A stretch of 64,000 bases of DNA from a virus: the IMG/VR virus record IMGVR_UViG_3300044959_000237, positions 1 through 64,000 of that record; one strand, given 5' to 3'. Both the position numbers and the translations under genes were made by a program. Numbering within the stretch: the first letter of the stretch is position 1; each line of letters starts with the position of its first letter. This document shows positions 19,243 to 28,825 of this stretch, in pieces. The notes beneath the pieces were generated by a model, which saw only the letters and a program-made list of their open reading frames with translations, did not search any database and was not told the DNA's origin.

Positions 19243-20154
19243 TTATTCTATGCAATTTTTCAATATTGCACATCTTATCCACAATCCGTTTTCGACCTGA
19301 CGAAAATAAGCAGCTCTCGAATCGTTGTCAAATGATGGATGTATTTCATCGTTTCTTGGTAACGGATGCATGACAATGCAATCATTTTTTGCATTTTTCA
19401 TCAACTCTGGTGTTATTCTGTACATTGAAGTATCGAAAGTCGATGACAATTCTGGATGTCTTTCCCTTTGAATTCTTGTTACATATATTACGTCAAGTTC
19501 AGAAATAACTTTTTTTATGTTATCTTCTTTCGAGATTACATTGCAAAGATTTTCATACTCTTCAGGCAATGATATTTCTTTTGGAGAAATGCAAAAAACA
19601 TTCATTGAATAAAGTTTGGCAAAATGACATAAACTGTGAATGGTTCTGCTATATTTGAGATCTCCGACAAATCCCATGTTGATATTTTCCAGTTTTCCCT
19701 TTTCCTTGTAAATGGTATATATATCCAATAATGATTGAGTCGGATGTTCACCATCTCCATCACCAGCATTGATTACTGGAATATTTACCAAATTTGCTGC
19801 ATTGAATGCCATTCCTCTATGAGGTGTTCTGGTCACAATTATATCACTGTAATACTCTATGGTTTTGACCATATCTTCGAAACTTTCGCCTTTTACCATG
19901 CTACTGTAATTTGGATTGTTTACAAGTATGGCATTACCGCCCAATTTGTATGTTGCTGCCATGAATGATGAAGATGTTCTTGTGCTCGGTTCCAGAAACA
20001 AATGATATACAATTTTGTTCTTCAGACATTTTTCGTATTCTTTGTTATTTTTTCTTATTTTTTCGGCATAATTTATCAGTTCTTCTATGGTTTGTTTTTC
20101 GATGTTTCGAGTTGTCAGCAAGCTTTTTGGATGCATGCTTCGTGCCTCCTTCAA
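19243..20154 (-). CDS. pyrB: Aspartate carbamoyltransferase catalytic subunit
   Basis: Motifs FLEPSTRT, KGES, INAGDG-x2-EHPTQ, GDLKYSRT, TRIQRER and MHPLPR. The actual start may be the second Met. Confidence 0.96.
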   Translation of the reverse strand: MKEARSMHPKSLLTTRNIEKQTIEELINYAEKIRKNNKEYEKCLKNKIVYHLFLEPSTRTSSSFMAATYKLGGNAILVNNPNYSSMVKGESFEDMVKTIEYYSDIIVTRTPHRGMAFNAANLVNIPVINAGDGDGEHPTQSLLDIYTIYKEKGKLENINMGFVGDLKYSRTIHSLCHFAKLYSMNVFCISPKEISLPEEYENLCNVISKEDNIKKVISELDVIYVTRIQRERHPELSSTFDTSMYRITPELMKNAKNDCIVMHPLPRNDEIHPSFDNDSRAAYFRQVENGLWIRCAILKNCIE

Positions 20155-21230
20155 TTTGAAATTTTCATGAAAGTTATCATGTTTTCATCGAATTCGAAAT
20201 TCGTGATTCCATTACTGAACTTTTTCAGAAAATTTTCCAGAAAGGTTTTCCAATTTGCTTTCAAACTTTTTTCTTTTTCTTCGTTTGTCAATTTTCTCGG
20301 TGGATATTCGTGATTCATGAAAAAAGGATGAACCAGAGGAAAATATATTTTTCTTTCTTCATAATAAAGATGATTGAAAAATCCAGATATGAAATATACA
20401 TCAGAAACATTTGTAATATGTATTCGATTCGAAAATTGAAAAGCATTGTTTTTGTCCAATATATTGAGAATCGAGAACATTATTGTTATCGTAGAAACTA
20501 CAGGTAATGAAATATTGAATTTTTTTCTTGTTGGTATCATTAAAAAATTTACGAGATTGAATTCCGGTCGATACATAATCATTATTTTATTCAGAAATGT
20601 CAAACTGATATTGTGAGAATTGTTTTTTCTTGCAAGAAAAGAAATTTTTTCCAGTTCGTAAATGTAAACTTTTTCTTTTGAAATTTTTTTCGAATCATGA
20701 TTTGTCTTTTGAATGAGTGATGTTTTATTCGTAAAGATTTCATTTTCACTTTCTTTGAAAATTTTTTTGTCAAGTTCTTCGAAAATTTCAATTTTCAATA
20801 TTTCGATTGATAAATTTTCCAGAATCAGATTATTGAAAAAAACGTCTTCGTTCGTGTTGGCAAAAATATTCTCTTTTTTCAAAGTTTTTTCGAAATTTTT
20901 CATATTCAAATGATAGTTTTGATTGATTATGATTCTATTTTCATTGTCTTTTAATTCTTCTGAAATAAAATCTTCATCATGGAAAAAATGATTTTTGACA
21001 AGAAATTCCAGAGTATTGAAAATTAAACAAAAAATTCTCTCTATATCGGAGATGAGAATTTTTTTGAGATTCATATCCCTGGTTTCTTGTATTTTACAAC
21101 AAAAGTATTCATCTTCATTGTGAAAGATGAAATATTTTCCATCCAAAAATTTTTTACAAAAATATGGTAAAAATTCATGAGGAACCGTAATTTCATTAGC
21201 TGATTTTTTTATCATGGACAATTTCTCCAA
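20151..21230 (-). CDS. Hypothetical protein
   Basis: 359-aa ORF whose stop overlaps the pyrB start. Confidence 0.65.
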   Translation of the reverse strand: MEKLSMIKKSANEITVPHEFLPYFCKKFLDGKYFIFHNEDEYFCCKIQETRDMNLKKILISDIERIFCLIFNTLEFLVKNHFFHDEDFISEELKDNENRIIINQNYHLNMKNFEKTLKKENIFANTNEDVFFNNLILENLSIEILKIEIFEELDKKIFKESENEIFTNKTSLIQKTNHDSKKISKEKVYIYELEKISFLARKNNSHNISLTFLNKIMIMYRPEFNLVNFLMIPTRKKFNISLPVVSTITIMFSILNILDKNNAFQFSNRIHITNVSDVYFISGFFNHLYYEERKIYFPLVHPFFMNHEYPPRKLTNEEKEKSLKANWKTFLENFLKKFSNGITNFEFDENMITFMKISN

Positions 21231-21524
21231 AAGAAACAGATGGTGTCAACATTTGCCAAAAAAATATATAAAAATATATTCAAACATTTACAATCATTGA
21301 TTTTTGGAACTTTCCCTTAGATTGTGCCTTTTTTTCAGATGAATTTTCCAAAGAAATTCCCAACCATACCATTGAACCGTCCCTCCCTCCTGCCTATTTT
21401 TGACAAGCAGGATAGGTAAAATGAAAAAAATCGATTGAATATTACATTCATATCTGCATTTATTTTTTCGCATACATTCAATTTTCAATCAAATGAAATT
21501 TGTTCGAATTTTTCGAGAAAAATG

Positions 21525-21815
21525 CTAATTATATTTTTTATTTTTTCTTTGATTTTTTTGTTTTTTATTCAGGTTATGTTTATATTGTAATTCATTGTCG
21601 TCCCAGTCTTCGAATTTCTTCGTTTTTTTGTTTCTTGATTCACGATTGTTTGTCAAATTTCTCATCTTTGTTTTGCTGAATCCATGTTCTTCGAGAATGT
21701 CAACTGTTTCTTCATCAAGATCAATATGGTAATTTCTGCTACGAGCCATTTTCTGTTGAAACTCCTCTTTTGAAGTTGGTAAGTTGATTTTATTTGTTTT
21801 CGGCGTTTTTTTCAA
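21525..21815 (-). CDS. Small basic hypothetical protein
   Basis: 96-aa K/N-rich ORF. Confidence 0.55.
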   Translation of the reverse strand: MKKTPKTNKINLPTSKEEFQQKMARSRNYHIDLDEETVDILEEHGFSKTKMRNLTNNRESRNKKTKKFEDWDDNELQYKHNLNKKQKNQRKNKKYN

Positions 21816-21833
21816 TATATTTTTTCGAATTTT

Positions 21834-22859
21834 TCAGTTATTTCCTAAAGATATCAGATTGATGATATTATTGTTAAGCGAAAAATTCAATAAATTTTTA
21901 TTTTCAGATAAACTTTTCATATAATTGATGAATATATTTCTTTCAATTTTCAATAGCGTTCTGCTTATTTTGCTGTCATGATCACCATATAATGAAATAA
22001 AATCGTTGTTTTTATTGGTAATAGGAAAGAGAAAGTTTTTTTCATCATCACTTTTATTATTGAAATATGGAACTATCAGAACATATTTTCCAGTATCGAA
22101 CATTTTAGAATTGATACTGAAAGAAATCTGTTTGTCTATTGAAAAATCGGATATGTATCTGAGTGTGAAAAAAACGGATTCATTCGAAAGAATATGAAAA
22201 TTGTTTTTTCTTTCGAAATCGGATTTTATCAAATCGATATATAACTCGTCAGTCGAAGGAAAATGTTTGACCAGAAATGAATTTTTTACACAAATTTCCA
22301 TTTTTCTGTTTTCGAATGGAAAGAACAATCTTATATTGATTGTATCGAATTTGAAAATCATGAAACTTGTATTCGATTGAAAATTTATTGAAGAAAATGA
22401 ACTCATATATTCATTTTCCAAAGAAATTTCATTGTATATCTGAAAATTTATTTCTCTGGGAAAAGCTATTTTTTCGATAATGATATCATTATCGAAAAAT
22501 CTGTTGATATTGAATTCGTATTTCGAAAAAACATATTTTTTTTCATTGCCGTTTGTGATTTTTTCATATGTTTTTTTCGTATCCAATTTTTCTCTCAGTA
22601 ATTCTGTTTTCTTGTCAATATCATAGTTTTTTTCTTTTATTTCTTCATTGAGATCTTCCAACAAGTAATGAAAGGACTTTTTTACAATTTCGAGAATCGT
22701 GATATAATCTTCGATATTTTTTACAAATATTTTTTCTTTGTTTTTTGCTTTTGTTTCCAACGTGTAAAATTCATTGTAGCACAAAATGGTATAATACTGT
22801 TTTGTTTTATCGATAAAATAATTCATATCCAGACCCGGCATGATTTTCTGAAATTTCAA
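21834..22859 (-). CDS. Hypothetical protein
   Basis: 341 aa, preceded by a sigma70-like promoter. Confidence 0.65.
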   Translation of the reverse strand: MKFQKIMPGLDMNYFIDKTKQYYTILCYNEFYTLETKAKNKEKIFVKNIEDYITILEIVKKSFHYLLEDLNEEIKEKNYDIDKKTELLREKLDTKKTYEKITNGNEKKYVFSKYEFNINRFFDNDIIIEKIAFPREINFQIYNEISLENEYMSSFSSINFQSNTSFMIFKFDTINIRLFFPFENRKMEICVKNSFLVKHFPSTDELYIDLIKSDFERKNNFHILSNESVFFTLRYISDFSIDKQISFSINSKMFDTGKYVLIVPYFNNKSDDEKNFLFPITNKNNDFISLYGDHDSKISRTLLKIERNIFINYMKSLSENKNLLNFSLNNNIINLISLGNN

Positions 22860-22889
22860 ACTTCTTTGATTTTTACTGAAATTGATATC

Positions 22890-22917
22890 ATAATATCATA
22901 AAAAAATTATTTGTCAA
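22890..22917 (-). promoter_or_regulatory. Sigma70-like promoter TTGACA-16-TATTAT
   Basis: TTGACA at 22917-22912 and TATTAT at 22895-22890. Confidence 0.55.
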
Positions 22918-22960
22918 TTGTAAATCATCTGCAATCTTGAGTTACGGTTTTTTTTCTTGA

Positions 22961-23002
22961 GAAGATACTATCCTATGAAGATACTATTTTGTGAAGATAC
23001 TA
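22961..23002. repeat. Three copies of GAAGATACTA at 16-bp period
   Basis: Copies start at 22961, 22977 and 22993; the last overlaps the kinase stop codon. Confidence 0.85.
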
Positions 23003-23617
23003 CGATGACAACCATTTGTTGATTGTCTTAATGTATTTTTGCCAATCTACCTCTTCGCTATTGTTGTTATTGATAACCAATATGTTTTCCTTTCCGAAAA
23101 GTTTGACATAATCCGATATTGATCTGATGACACTTTCATATATACTTTTCAATATATCTGGTCTTATGCTTCTATCTCTTTGTTGATTTCGTTGCATTGC
23201 TACATCGAGAGTTGTAAAAACATATACGAGATATGTTTTGTAACCAAGTTTTTCCAACATTTCTTTAGTTGACCGTATCAATGATACATTTCTTCCTGTT
23301 CCGTCCAAAACGATACCAAGATTGTTTTTTGCATACAAATTCAGAAGTTTTTCGATTAATTCTTTTGCTCTTTGATATATCTCATTGTATTCCGGAGATT
23401 TGTAATCAATGTTTTTCATTTCTTTTACGTTCTTTTTGATTTTTACAAGATGTTCGAAAATTATATCGATATCTACAGGTTTAACTCCATATGGAAATAT
23501 CTTTTTTCTGACAAAAGTTTTACCACTTCCGGGAGAACCGATGAGAAAAAATGCTTTTCTTATATGGGGGTCGTATCTTCCTTCAAAAATTGAATTTTTC
23601 ATCACTTTTTTTTTCAT
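23000..23617 (-). CDS. P-loop kinase (zeta-toxin/AAA_33/PNK-like)
   Basis: Walker A GSPGSGKT, VLDGTG and RNQQRDR lid motif; late motif at 23648-23642. Confidence 0.85.
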   Translation of the reverse strand: MKKKVMKNSIFEGRYDPHIRKAFFLIGSPGSGKTFVRKKIFPYGVKPVDIDIIFEHLVKIKKNVKEMKNIDYKSPEYNEIYQRAKELIEKLLNLYAKNNLGIVLDGTGRNVSLIRSTKEMLEKLGYKTYLVYVFTTLDVAMQRNQQRDRSIRPDILKSIYESVIRSISDYVKLFGKENILVINNNNSEEVDWQKYIKTINKWLSS

Positions 23618-23683
23618 AATTTTTCTTTCCTTTTTATTTTCTATTTATTAAAGTAGAATAAATATTGAAAAAAAGAGACAAAA

Positions 23684-24493
23684 ATGAGAATTGACGAAGT
23701 AGAACAACACGAAGAAAATTCTTCGATTTCTTTCATAAAAGATATGATAGAAAATTGTGGAAAATCACGTGTAGCTTTTCTTATCAGAAAGCCTTTGTTC
23801 AGAGGATTCAGACATACGAATAATCTGAACAGTGATTTTGGAATTTTCAAAATTCTGGAAGAAAGAAAACCAAAAGACATGACATTCTGTATGCAGAAAC
23901 TCGTCGATGAAGAACTGAAAAAAAGAGGGTTCGATGTTTTTCGAAAAAATTCGATATTTTGTAGTGGAGACATAAATTTTGCATCCAGATTTGGAAAAGT
24001 TTACAGAATATTTCCGCCAATGCAGGCAAAATTTCTATGGAACAGAAAATCACAGGATTTTTTCAGTTTTTCTTATCGTGTTTTCGATATCGATGTCGAT
24101 TATCTTGTGAAAAATTACAAAAAAGAAATTTATCCTGTTATTGCAAAATTGTACAAACTCAATGAAAGTTTCATAAATTTCGATAAGGAAAAATTCGACA
24201 ATATTCTGAAAGACGATATGTTGTACAAAACTCTTGTCATTAAAATTGCGGATTTTTACAAAACTACAAAAATGTTTTCGTTTTTTGCAAGTAATCTGGA
24301 AAAAATTCTGAAAGAAGACTGTAATTATCTTGTATTACACAGTAATGACAAAATTTTCGATTATTTCACGAATTCGAATTTCGAAGAGGCAGTAAGATCC
24401 GGAAATGAAATCATGATAAAAAGTGATTATGTTTACTACATAAGTGAAGATCATTTCGTCGATATGATAGAAGATTTGATCGATTTTGTCTGA
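23684..24493 (+). CDS. Hypothetical late protein, possible R-S-E ADP-ribosyltransferase-like fold
   Basis: MRIDEV N-terminus; LFRG...SIFCS...FGKVY...GNEIMI; ATAAATA at 23658-23664. Confidence 0.6.
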   Translation: MRIDEVEQHEENSSISFIKDMIENCGKSRVAFLIRKPLFRGFRHTNNLNSDFGIFKILEERKPKDMTFCMQKLVDEELKKRGFDVFRKNSIFCSGDINFASRFGKVYRIFPPMQAKFLWNRKSQDFFSFSYRVFDIDVDYLVKNYKKEIYPVIAKLYKLNESFINFDKEKFDNILKDDMLYKTLVIKIADFYKTTKMFSFFASNLEKILKEDCNYLVLHSNDKIFDYFTNSNFEEAVRSGNEIMIKSDYVYYISEDHFVDMIEDLIDFV

Positions 24494-24536
24494 TTTTCGA
24501 ATTCAATTTCGGACTTGACACTTCGTGATAATATTT

Positions 24537-25274
24537 TCAAAAAAGCTTTACAGGAAATTTGGTAATTCTATTGAAAAATGATTTTTTCGAATTTGTATAG
24601 TAATCAGATATGATTTCTATCAGTTTTCTATCTTTTTCGATTTGATTTTCCGTTGGAACATAAACATATCCAAAAGTGACAAAAGCTTCTACTTCTTCGG
24701 AATTTTCTATCGGACAACGTAATATATATTTGATATTGAATTTTTTGAGAAAGGAAAGCAATCTGTTTTTTTCGATTTGTTCGAAATTCGAAGTTTCATA
24801 CTCGATGCATTTTCCTTTCAAATTTTCTTCCAAATATGGAAAATTCGAATATGAAATGGAATTTTTCAAATCTGGATCGTTCAAAGTCATGTTCTTGTTT
24901 TTGGATGACAATGCAATTGCTTTTATGGAAAGAACTTTCTTGTTTCCGTATATATCGAATGTATATTTGTCAATTATCGATACGACTATTGTGTCTGCAT
25001 TGGAAATTTTGATGATCTGATTGACAAGATTTTGTATTTTTTCCGAGTTTGTCAACAGTTCTTCGATGTTTTTTTCTTCGTAGAATTTTGAATTTTCATA
25101 ATTTTCGTATATTATACCCAAGAAAAACATGGATATTGCAAATATGATAAAAATTGTCAAAATCAGTATTTGAATGTTGTTCATTTTCAAAAATTTGAGA
25201 ATTTTTTTTGCAATAGAAATAACAGTTTTCAAAAACAGAATCATGTCCATGTTTTTTTTTTGATTTCTGTTCAT
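24537..25274 (-). CDS. Single-TM membrane protein with GAF-like C-terminal domain (T4 holin T-like candidate)
   Basis: One hydrophobic helix (ILILTIFIIFAISMFFLGII), then a soluble domain with two Cys (GKC, LRCPI...AFVTFGY). Confidence 0.5.
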   Translation of the reverse strand: MNRNQKKNMDMILFLKTVISIAKKILKFLKMNNIQILILTIFIIFAISMFFLGIIYENYENSKFYEEKNIEELLTNSEKIQNLVNQIIKISNADTIVVSIIDKYTFDIYGNKKVLSIKAIALSSKNKNMTLNDPDLKNSISYSNFPYLEENLKGKCIEYETSNFEQIEKNRLLSFLKKFNIKYILRCPIENSEEVEAFVTFGYVYVPTENQIEKDRKLIEIISDYYTNSKKSFFNRITKFPVKLF

Positions 25275-25318
25275 GTTTCTGTTTTTATTTATTCAACGGG
25301 AAACAAGAGGTATTTTCG

Positions 25319-26137
25319 ATGATTCCTTTTTATCATAGAAAAAACATAAAATTATATCATGAAGATTGCATGAATTTGATGAAAGAACTGGAAAACGATT
25401 CGATAGATATGACTTTGACGAGTCCGCCATATGATAATCTGAGAAATTACAAAATTGAAAAATCATCGAATTTGAATGTGAAAGAAATAGCAGAAGAACT
25501 TCTGAGAATCACCAAAGATGGAGGTGTAGTCATATGGAACATTTTCGATCAGACTATAGATGGAAGTGAAACAGGAACATCTTTTCGACATGCTTTGACC
25601 TTCATGGAAGTTGGATGGAAATTGAATGATACGATGATATATGTAAAGGAAAATCCTATGCCTACATCGGGCAATCGATATAATCAGTCATGGGAATATC
25701 TTTTCTGTTTTTCCAAAGGTACTCCAAAAACGTTCAATCCGATAAAAAAACCGGTAATTTACAAAGGTTCTTCTACAAGCATTCGTAATTACAACAAAGA
25801 AGGCAATCGTGTCAAAAAAACTTTTGAAATTACAAACAATGAAAAAAAGATTGGAAATGTTTTTTCATATGTAATCGGTGGGAATCACAGTACAAAAGAT
25901 AAAATAGCTCATTTGCATCCTGCGATCATGCATGAACAACTTGCAATTGATCAGATTAAAACTTGGTCGAACAAGGACGATCTGGTTTTCGATCCTTTTT
26001 CTGGAAGCGGGACAACGGCAAAAGCATGTGTTCTTCTCGAAAGAAAATTCATAGGTTCGGAATTGAACGAAGAATATTGTAAAATATTTGTAGAAAGATT
26101 GGAAAATTATATATTGAACGAAGAACTTTTTTCATAG
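25319..26137 (+). CDS. DNA amino-methyltransferase, beta class (N4-C/N6-A)
   Basis: Catalytic TSPPY comes before HPA and the SAM-binding DPFSGSGTT. Confidence 0.93.
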   Translation: MIPFYHRKNIKLYHEDCMNLMKELENDSIDMTLTSPPYDNLRNYKIEKSSNLNVKEIAEELLRITKDGGVVIWNIFDQTIDGSETGTSFRHALTFMEVGWKLNDTMIYVKENPMPTSGNRYNQSWEYLFCFSKGTPKTFNPIKKPVIYKGSSTSIRNYNKEGNRVKKTFEITNNEKKIGNVFSYVIGGNHSTKDKIAHLHPAIMHEQLAIDQIKTWSNKDDLVFDPFSGSGTTAKACVLLERKFIGSELNEEYCKIFVERLENYILNEELFS

Positions 26138-26295
26138 TATTTCTCTGCAAGAAAATCTGCAACTTCGGTCGAGGGGGTGATTTTATGAATTTTTGAAAAA
26201 AAAATCGAGCAATGAATATGTGATTTGCAACTTTTCGACAGTTGAATTACAACAAACAATCGATAAATAATTAAAAATTAACAGGATAGAGAATT

Positions 26296-27567
26296 ATGGC
26301 CATTTTTGCCGTAAAAAACGTTTTCGAAAAACTTGTCTTGATTACTTCTCCAAAAAATGGTGATTTGTTGGTTTACGATAGTAACAAGGGAGCTTTTGTA
26401 AACGTATCTTCTTCTCAATTGAACTTGAGTTCCATACCAACGTTGGATTTTCGATCTGTATCGGGAAACAATTCTGTAAGTTTGATAGAAAGAACCAGTG
26501 GAAACAGCGTCGAGTTTCGTTCTTTGATAGGAAAAAATGGTATATTGATAACGGAATCGAGCGGAAACATAATAGTACAGAATACAAATAATTTTTCGTC
26601 GATTTTCAGCAGAAATTCTTACTCGATAGTAATAGATTACGATGATGATAATTCAAATTCCTATTTTACGGTCGATACTGTCGATTCTACAAGTTCCAAA
26701 AATTTGACGATATCATCATTGCCAGAATTCAACATATCTTCATATGAATTGGTCAACTCTTCATCAACTTCTTTTCTGATCTCGACATTCAATTTTGCAG
26801 GTATAGGATTCGAGAAACAAATGTTGATAACATTGAGCAGTACTCCCGGCAATTTGTATGATGGTGTTTACCAAATACAGGATATTGATGTAATAGTTTC
26901 TGCAAGTTCGATACAAAATAGAATAGATCTTGGTAAAATTCTGGTTTCTTCGTCATCTATCGGTATTCCTCTTTCGAATGTTCGAATTCGGCAAGTTGGT
27001 ATATATGCATCGACCAGTGGAAATTTTTTTGTTTCTGGATATTCTTCGAGCAAACCGTTTTTCTTGAATATATGGAAAGGAAGTTCGTTGAATTTTACTG
27101 ATTTTCCTTCTGGAGTTTTCATTACTTTGAATAATTCTGAAAAAAATATAATTGATTCCAATTACATTGTGGCATCATCGAAAGATGGTAGTTTTCTTGG
27201 AAACAAATGGTTGACTTTGCTTTTGAATCAGGATACACCTCTCCCCCTCGATATTTCTGGAGATATTTCTTTTACAAGTAATAGTGAAAATTTCAGCATT
27301 TCGATTTTGGGAAATATTGTAAATACCGGTTTCAAAGTATCCAAAACCGGAACTGTTTATGGTAACAAGTTTGTCATGTCTGCTTTACCAACAAGCAGTG
27401 ATGTACTGGCCAATAAAGCATATGTCGATATGGAAATATCCAATTTGATCGATGTACATATATCTGCATTGAATTCTATCGTATCGGCCAATATTCGAAA
27501 AATAAATAATTTGGAAAAAGTCAACAAAAAAACATTCAGAATGTTCATGCAATATTCGAGACATTAA
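26296..27567 (+). CDS. Virion structural protein (tail/fibre-associated)
   Basis: Ser-rich beta protein with GDLLVYD, FRSLIG and ANKAYVD; ATAAATA at 26263-26269. Confidence 0.75.
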   Translation: MAIFAVKNVFEKLVLITSPKNGDLLVYDSNKGAFVNVSSSQLNLSSIPTLDFRSVSGNNSVSLIERTSGNSVEFRSLIGKNGILITESSGNIIVQNTNNFSSIFSRNSYSIVIDYDDDNSNSYFTVDTVDSTSSKNLTISSLPEFNISSYELVNSSSTSFLISTFNFAGIGFEKQMLITLSSTPGNLYDGVYQIQDIDVIVSASSIQNRIDLGKILVSSSSIGIPLSNVRIRQVGIYASTSGNFFVSGYSSSKPFFLNIWKGSSLNFTDFPSGVFITLNNSEKNIIDSNYIVASSKDGSFLGNKWLTLLLNQDTPLPLDISGDISFTSNSENFSISILGNIVNTGFKVSKTGTVYGNKFVMSALPTSSDVLANKAYVDMEISNLIDVHISALNSIVSANIRKINNLEKVNKKTFRMFMQYSRH

Positions 27568-27591
27568 ATATAATAGAAACAGGAAAAAGAC

Positions 27592-27921
27592 ATGGCCAAA
27601 AGATTTTCGAATTTTACATTACCTGACAATGTAAATTGGCACAAGATAATCGAAGGCCAAACCGGCAAGGATATAACGGTCAATATTAATATTTCGAATC
27701 ATAATTCAGTAGATGCCAAGGTTACCATTGCCATGGTCGCCAAAGTGAGTGCATCATCCATATCGAATATGGATGATATTCTTTTTCTCGACAGATTGGT
27801 ATTTGCAAGAGATACAAGAGAAATAAGAGGAGTTGTTGTACCTTCTGATATGGCCATTTACGCAAAAGCTGATTATGCCAATGTAACTTTTCTTAGTTAT
27901 GGTTTCGAAGAAGATATTTAG
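27592..27921 (+). CDS. Small virion protein
   Basis: 109-aa beta-rich ORF ending YGFEED, within the fibre operon. Confidence 0.7.
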   Translation: MAKRFSNFTLPDNVNWHKIIEGQTGKDITVNINISNHNSVDAKVTIAMVAKVSASSISNMDDILFLDRLVFARDTREIRGVVVPSDMAIYAKADYANVTFLSYGFEEDI

Positions 27922-27933
27922 AATGTAAAAAAA

Positions 27934-28731
27934 ATGACAGTAAAAATAATACCAAATCCAATAGGAAAGAAAAATACAAGAGATGAAGGATTCTGGAATA
28001 TTTTCTTCAGTATGAACGAAGATGTTCCTAACAGAGCCAACATTTTGGATACTATAAATTATGTAGAAAGAAAACTTATTTTCAGAACCATCGAAGGAAA
28101 AAACGGAATTAATGTATCTGTCGAAGACGTGGATGGTAATTCTTACACAAAAGAAACAAAAATTACCATAGAAGTTGATTCATCTGCCATAAATTCTTTG
28201 TTGGGAATCAATGTTTTGGAAAATGGTGTTACTGCCAATACTGTTCCTGTCAAAACTTTCAATTTTACGGGAGCAGGTGTGTCAGTAACAGAAGCTTCTG
28301 CAGGTATAGTGAATATTTCAATTACAAATATGGGATTATTTGAAGTAAGAGTCGACGGCAGTTCATATCCATCATTTTTTACTACTTTCGATTTCAAAAA
28401 TAATTCGGATGCAATTAAAAATGTTGGTGGCGGTGTTGTTGAAATCGATTTGTCTGCTTTGGGTGGATTTCAAACAATCGAAACCAACAATGTAATTTAT
28501 ACAGGTGCTTTTGTAACAAGCGGCTCTGTTGTTTTGAGTGGTTTTTTTGGACCAAATACACCAGATCCTTCATCGACAATTGTGTCATTGAACGGATTGA
28601 TTCTGAAATATAGTACAAATCCTTCTCAAACAGATTTCAAAATAAGTGGAAACAATTTGGAAATAATTGTTGATAATCTGGATTATGGAATCGATTCGGA
28701 TGATGAAATAATAGCATATTATTGGTTATAA
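27934..28731 (+). CDS. Tail-fibre-associated protein
   Basis: TFNFTGAGV repeat motif and C-terminal VSLNGL...DDEIIAYY. Confidence 0.7.
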   Translation: MTVKIIPNPIGKKNTRDEGFWNIFFSMNEDVPNRANILDTINYVERKLIFRTIEGKNGINVSVEDVDGNSYTKETKITIEVDSSAINSLLGINVLENGVTANTVPVKTFNFTGAGVSVTEASAGIVNISITNMGLFEVRVDGSSYPSFFTTFDFKNNSDAIKNVGGGVVEIDLSALGGFQTIETNNVIYTGAFVTSGSVVLSGFFGPNTPDPSSTIVSLNGLILKYSTNPSQTDFKISGNNLEIIVDNLDYGIDSDDEIIAYYWL

Positions 28732-28825
28732 GTTAGTTGTAAGTTACATAAAAGCAAAAAAAAAATAAATATTAATATGAAAAATAGTAATATTTTATCA
28801 ATATTTTCATATTAGGGAAAAAGTC

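Noticed and set aside
22961-23002. Mini CRISPR array
   Set aside because: 10-bp repeats with 6-bp spacers are far too short. The Cas4-like gene is an ordinary phage exonuclease and no cas operon is present.
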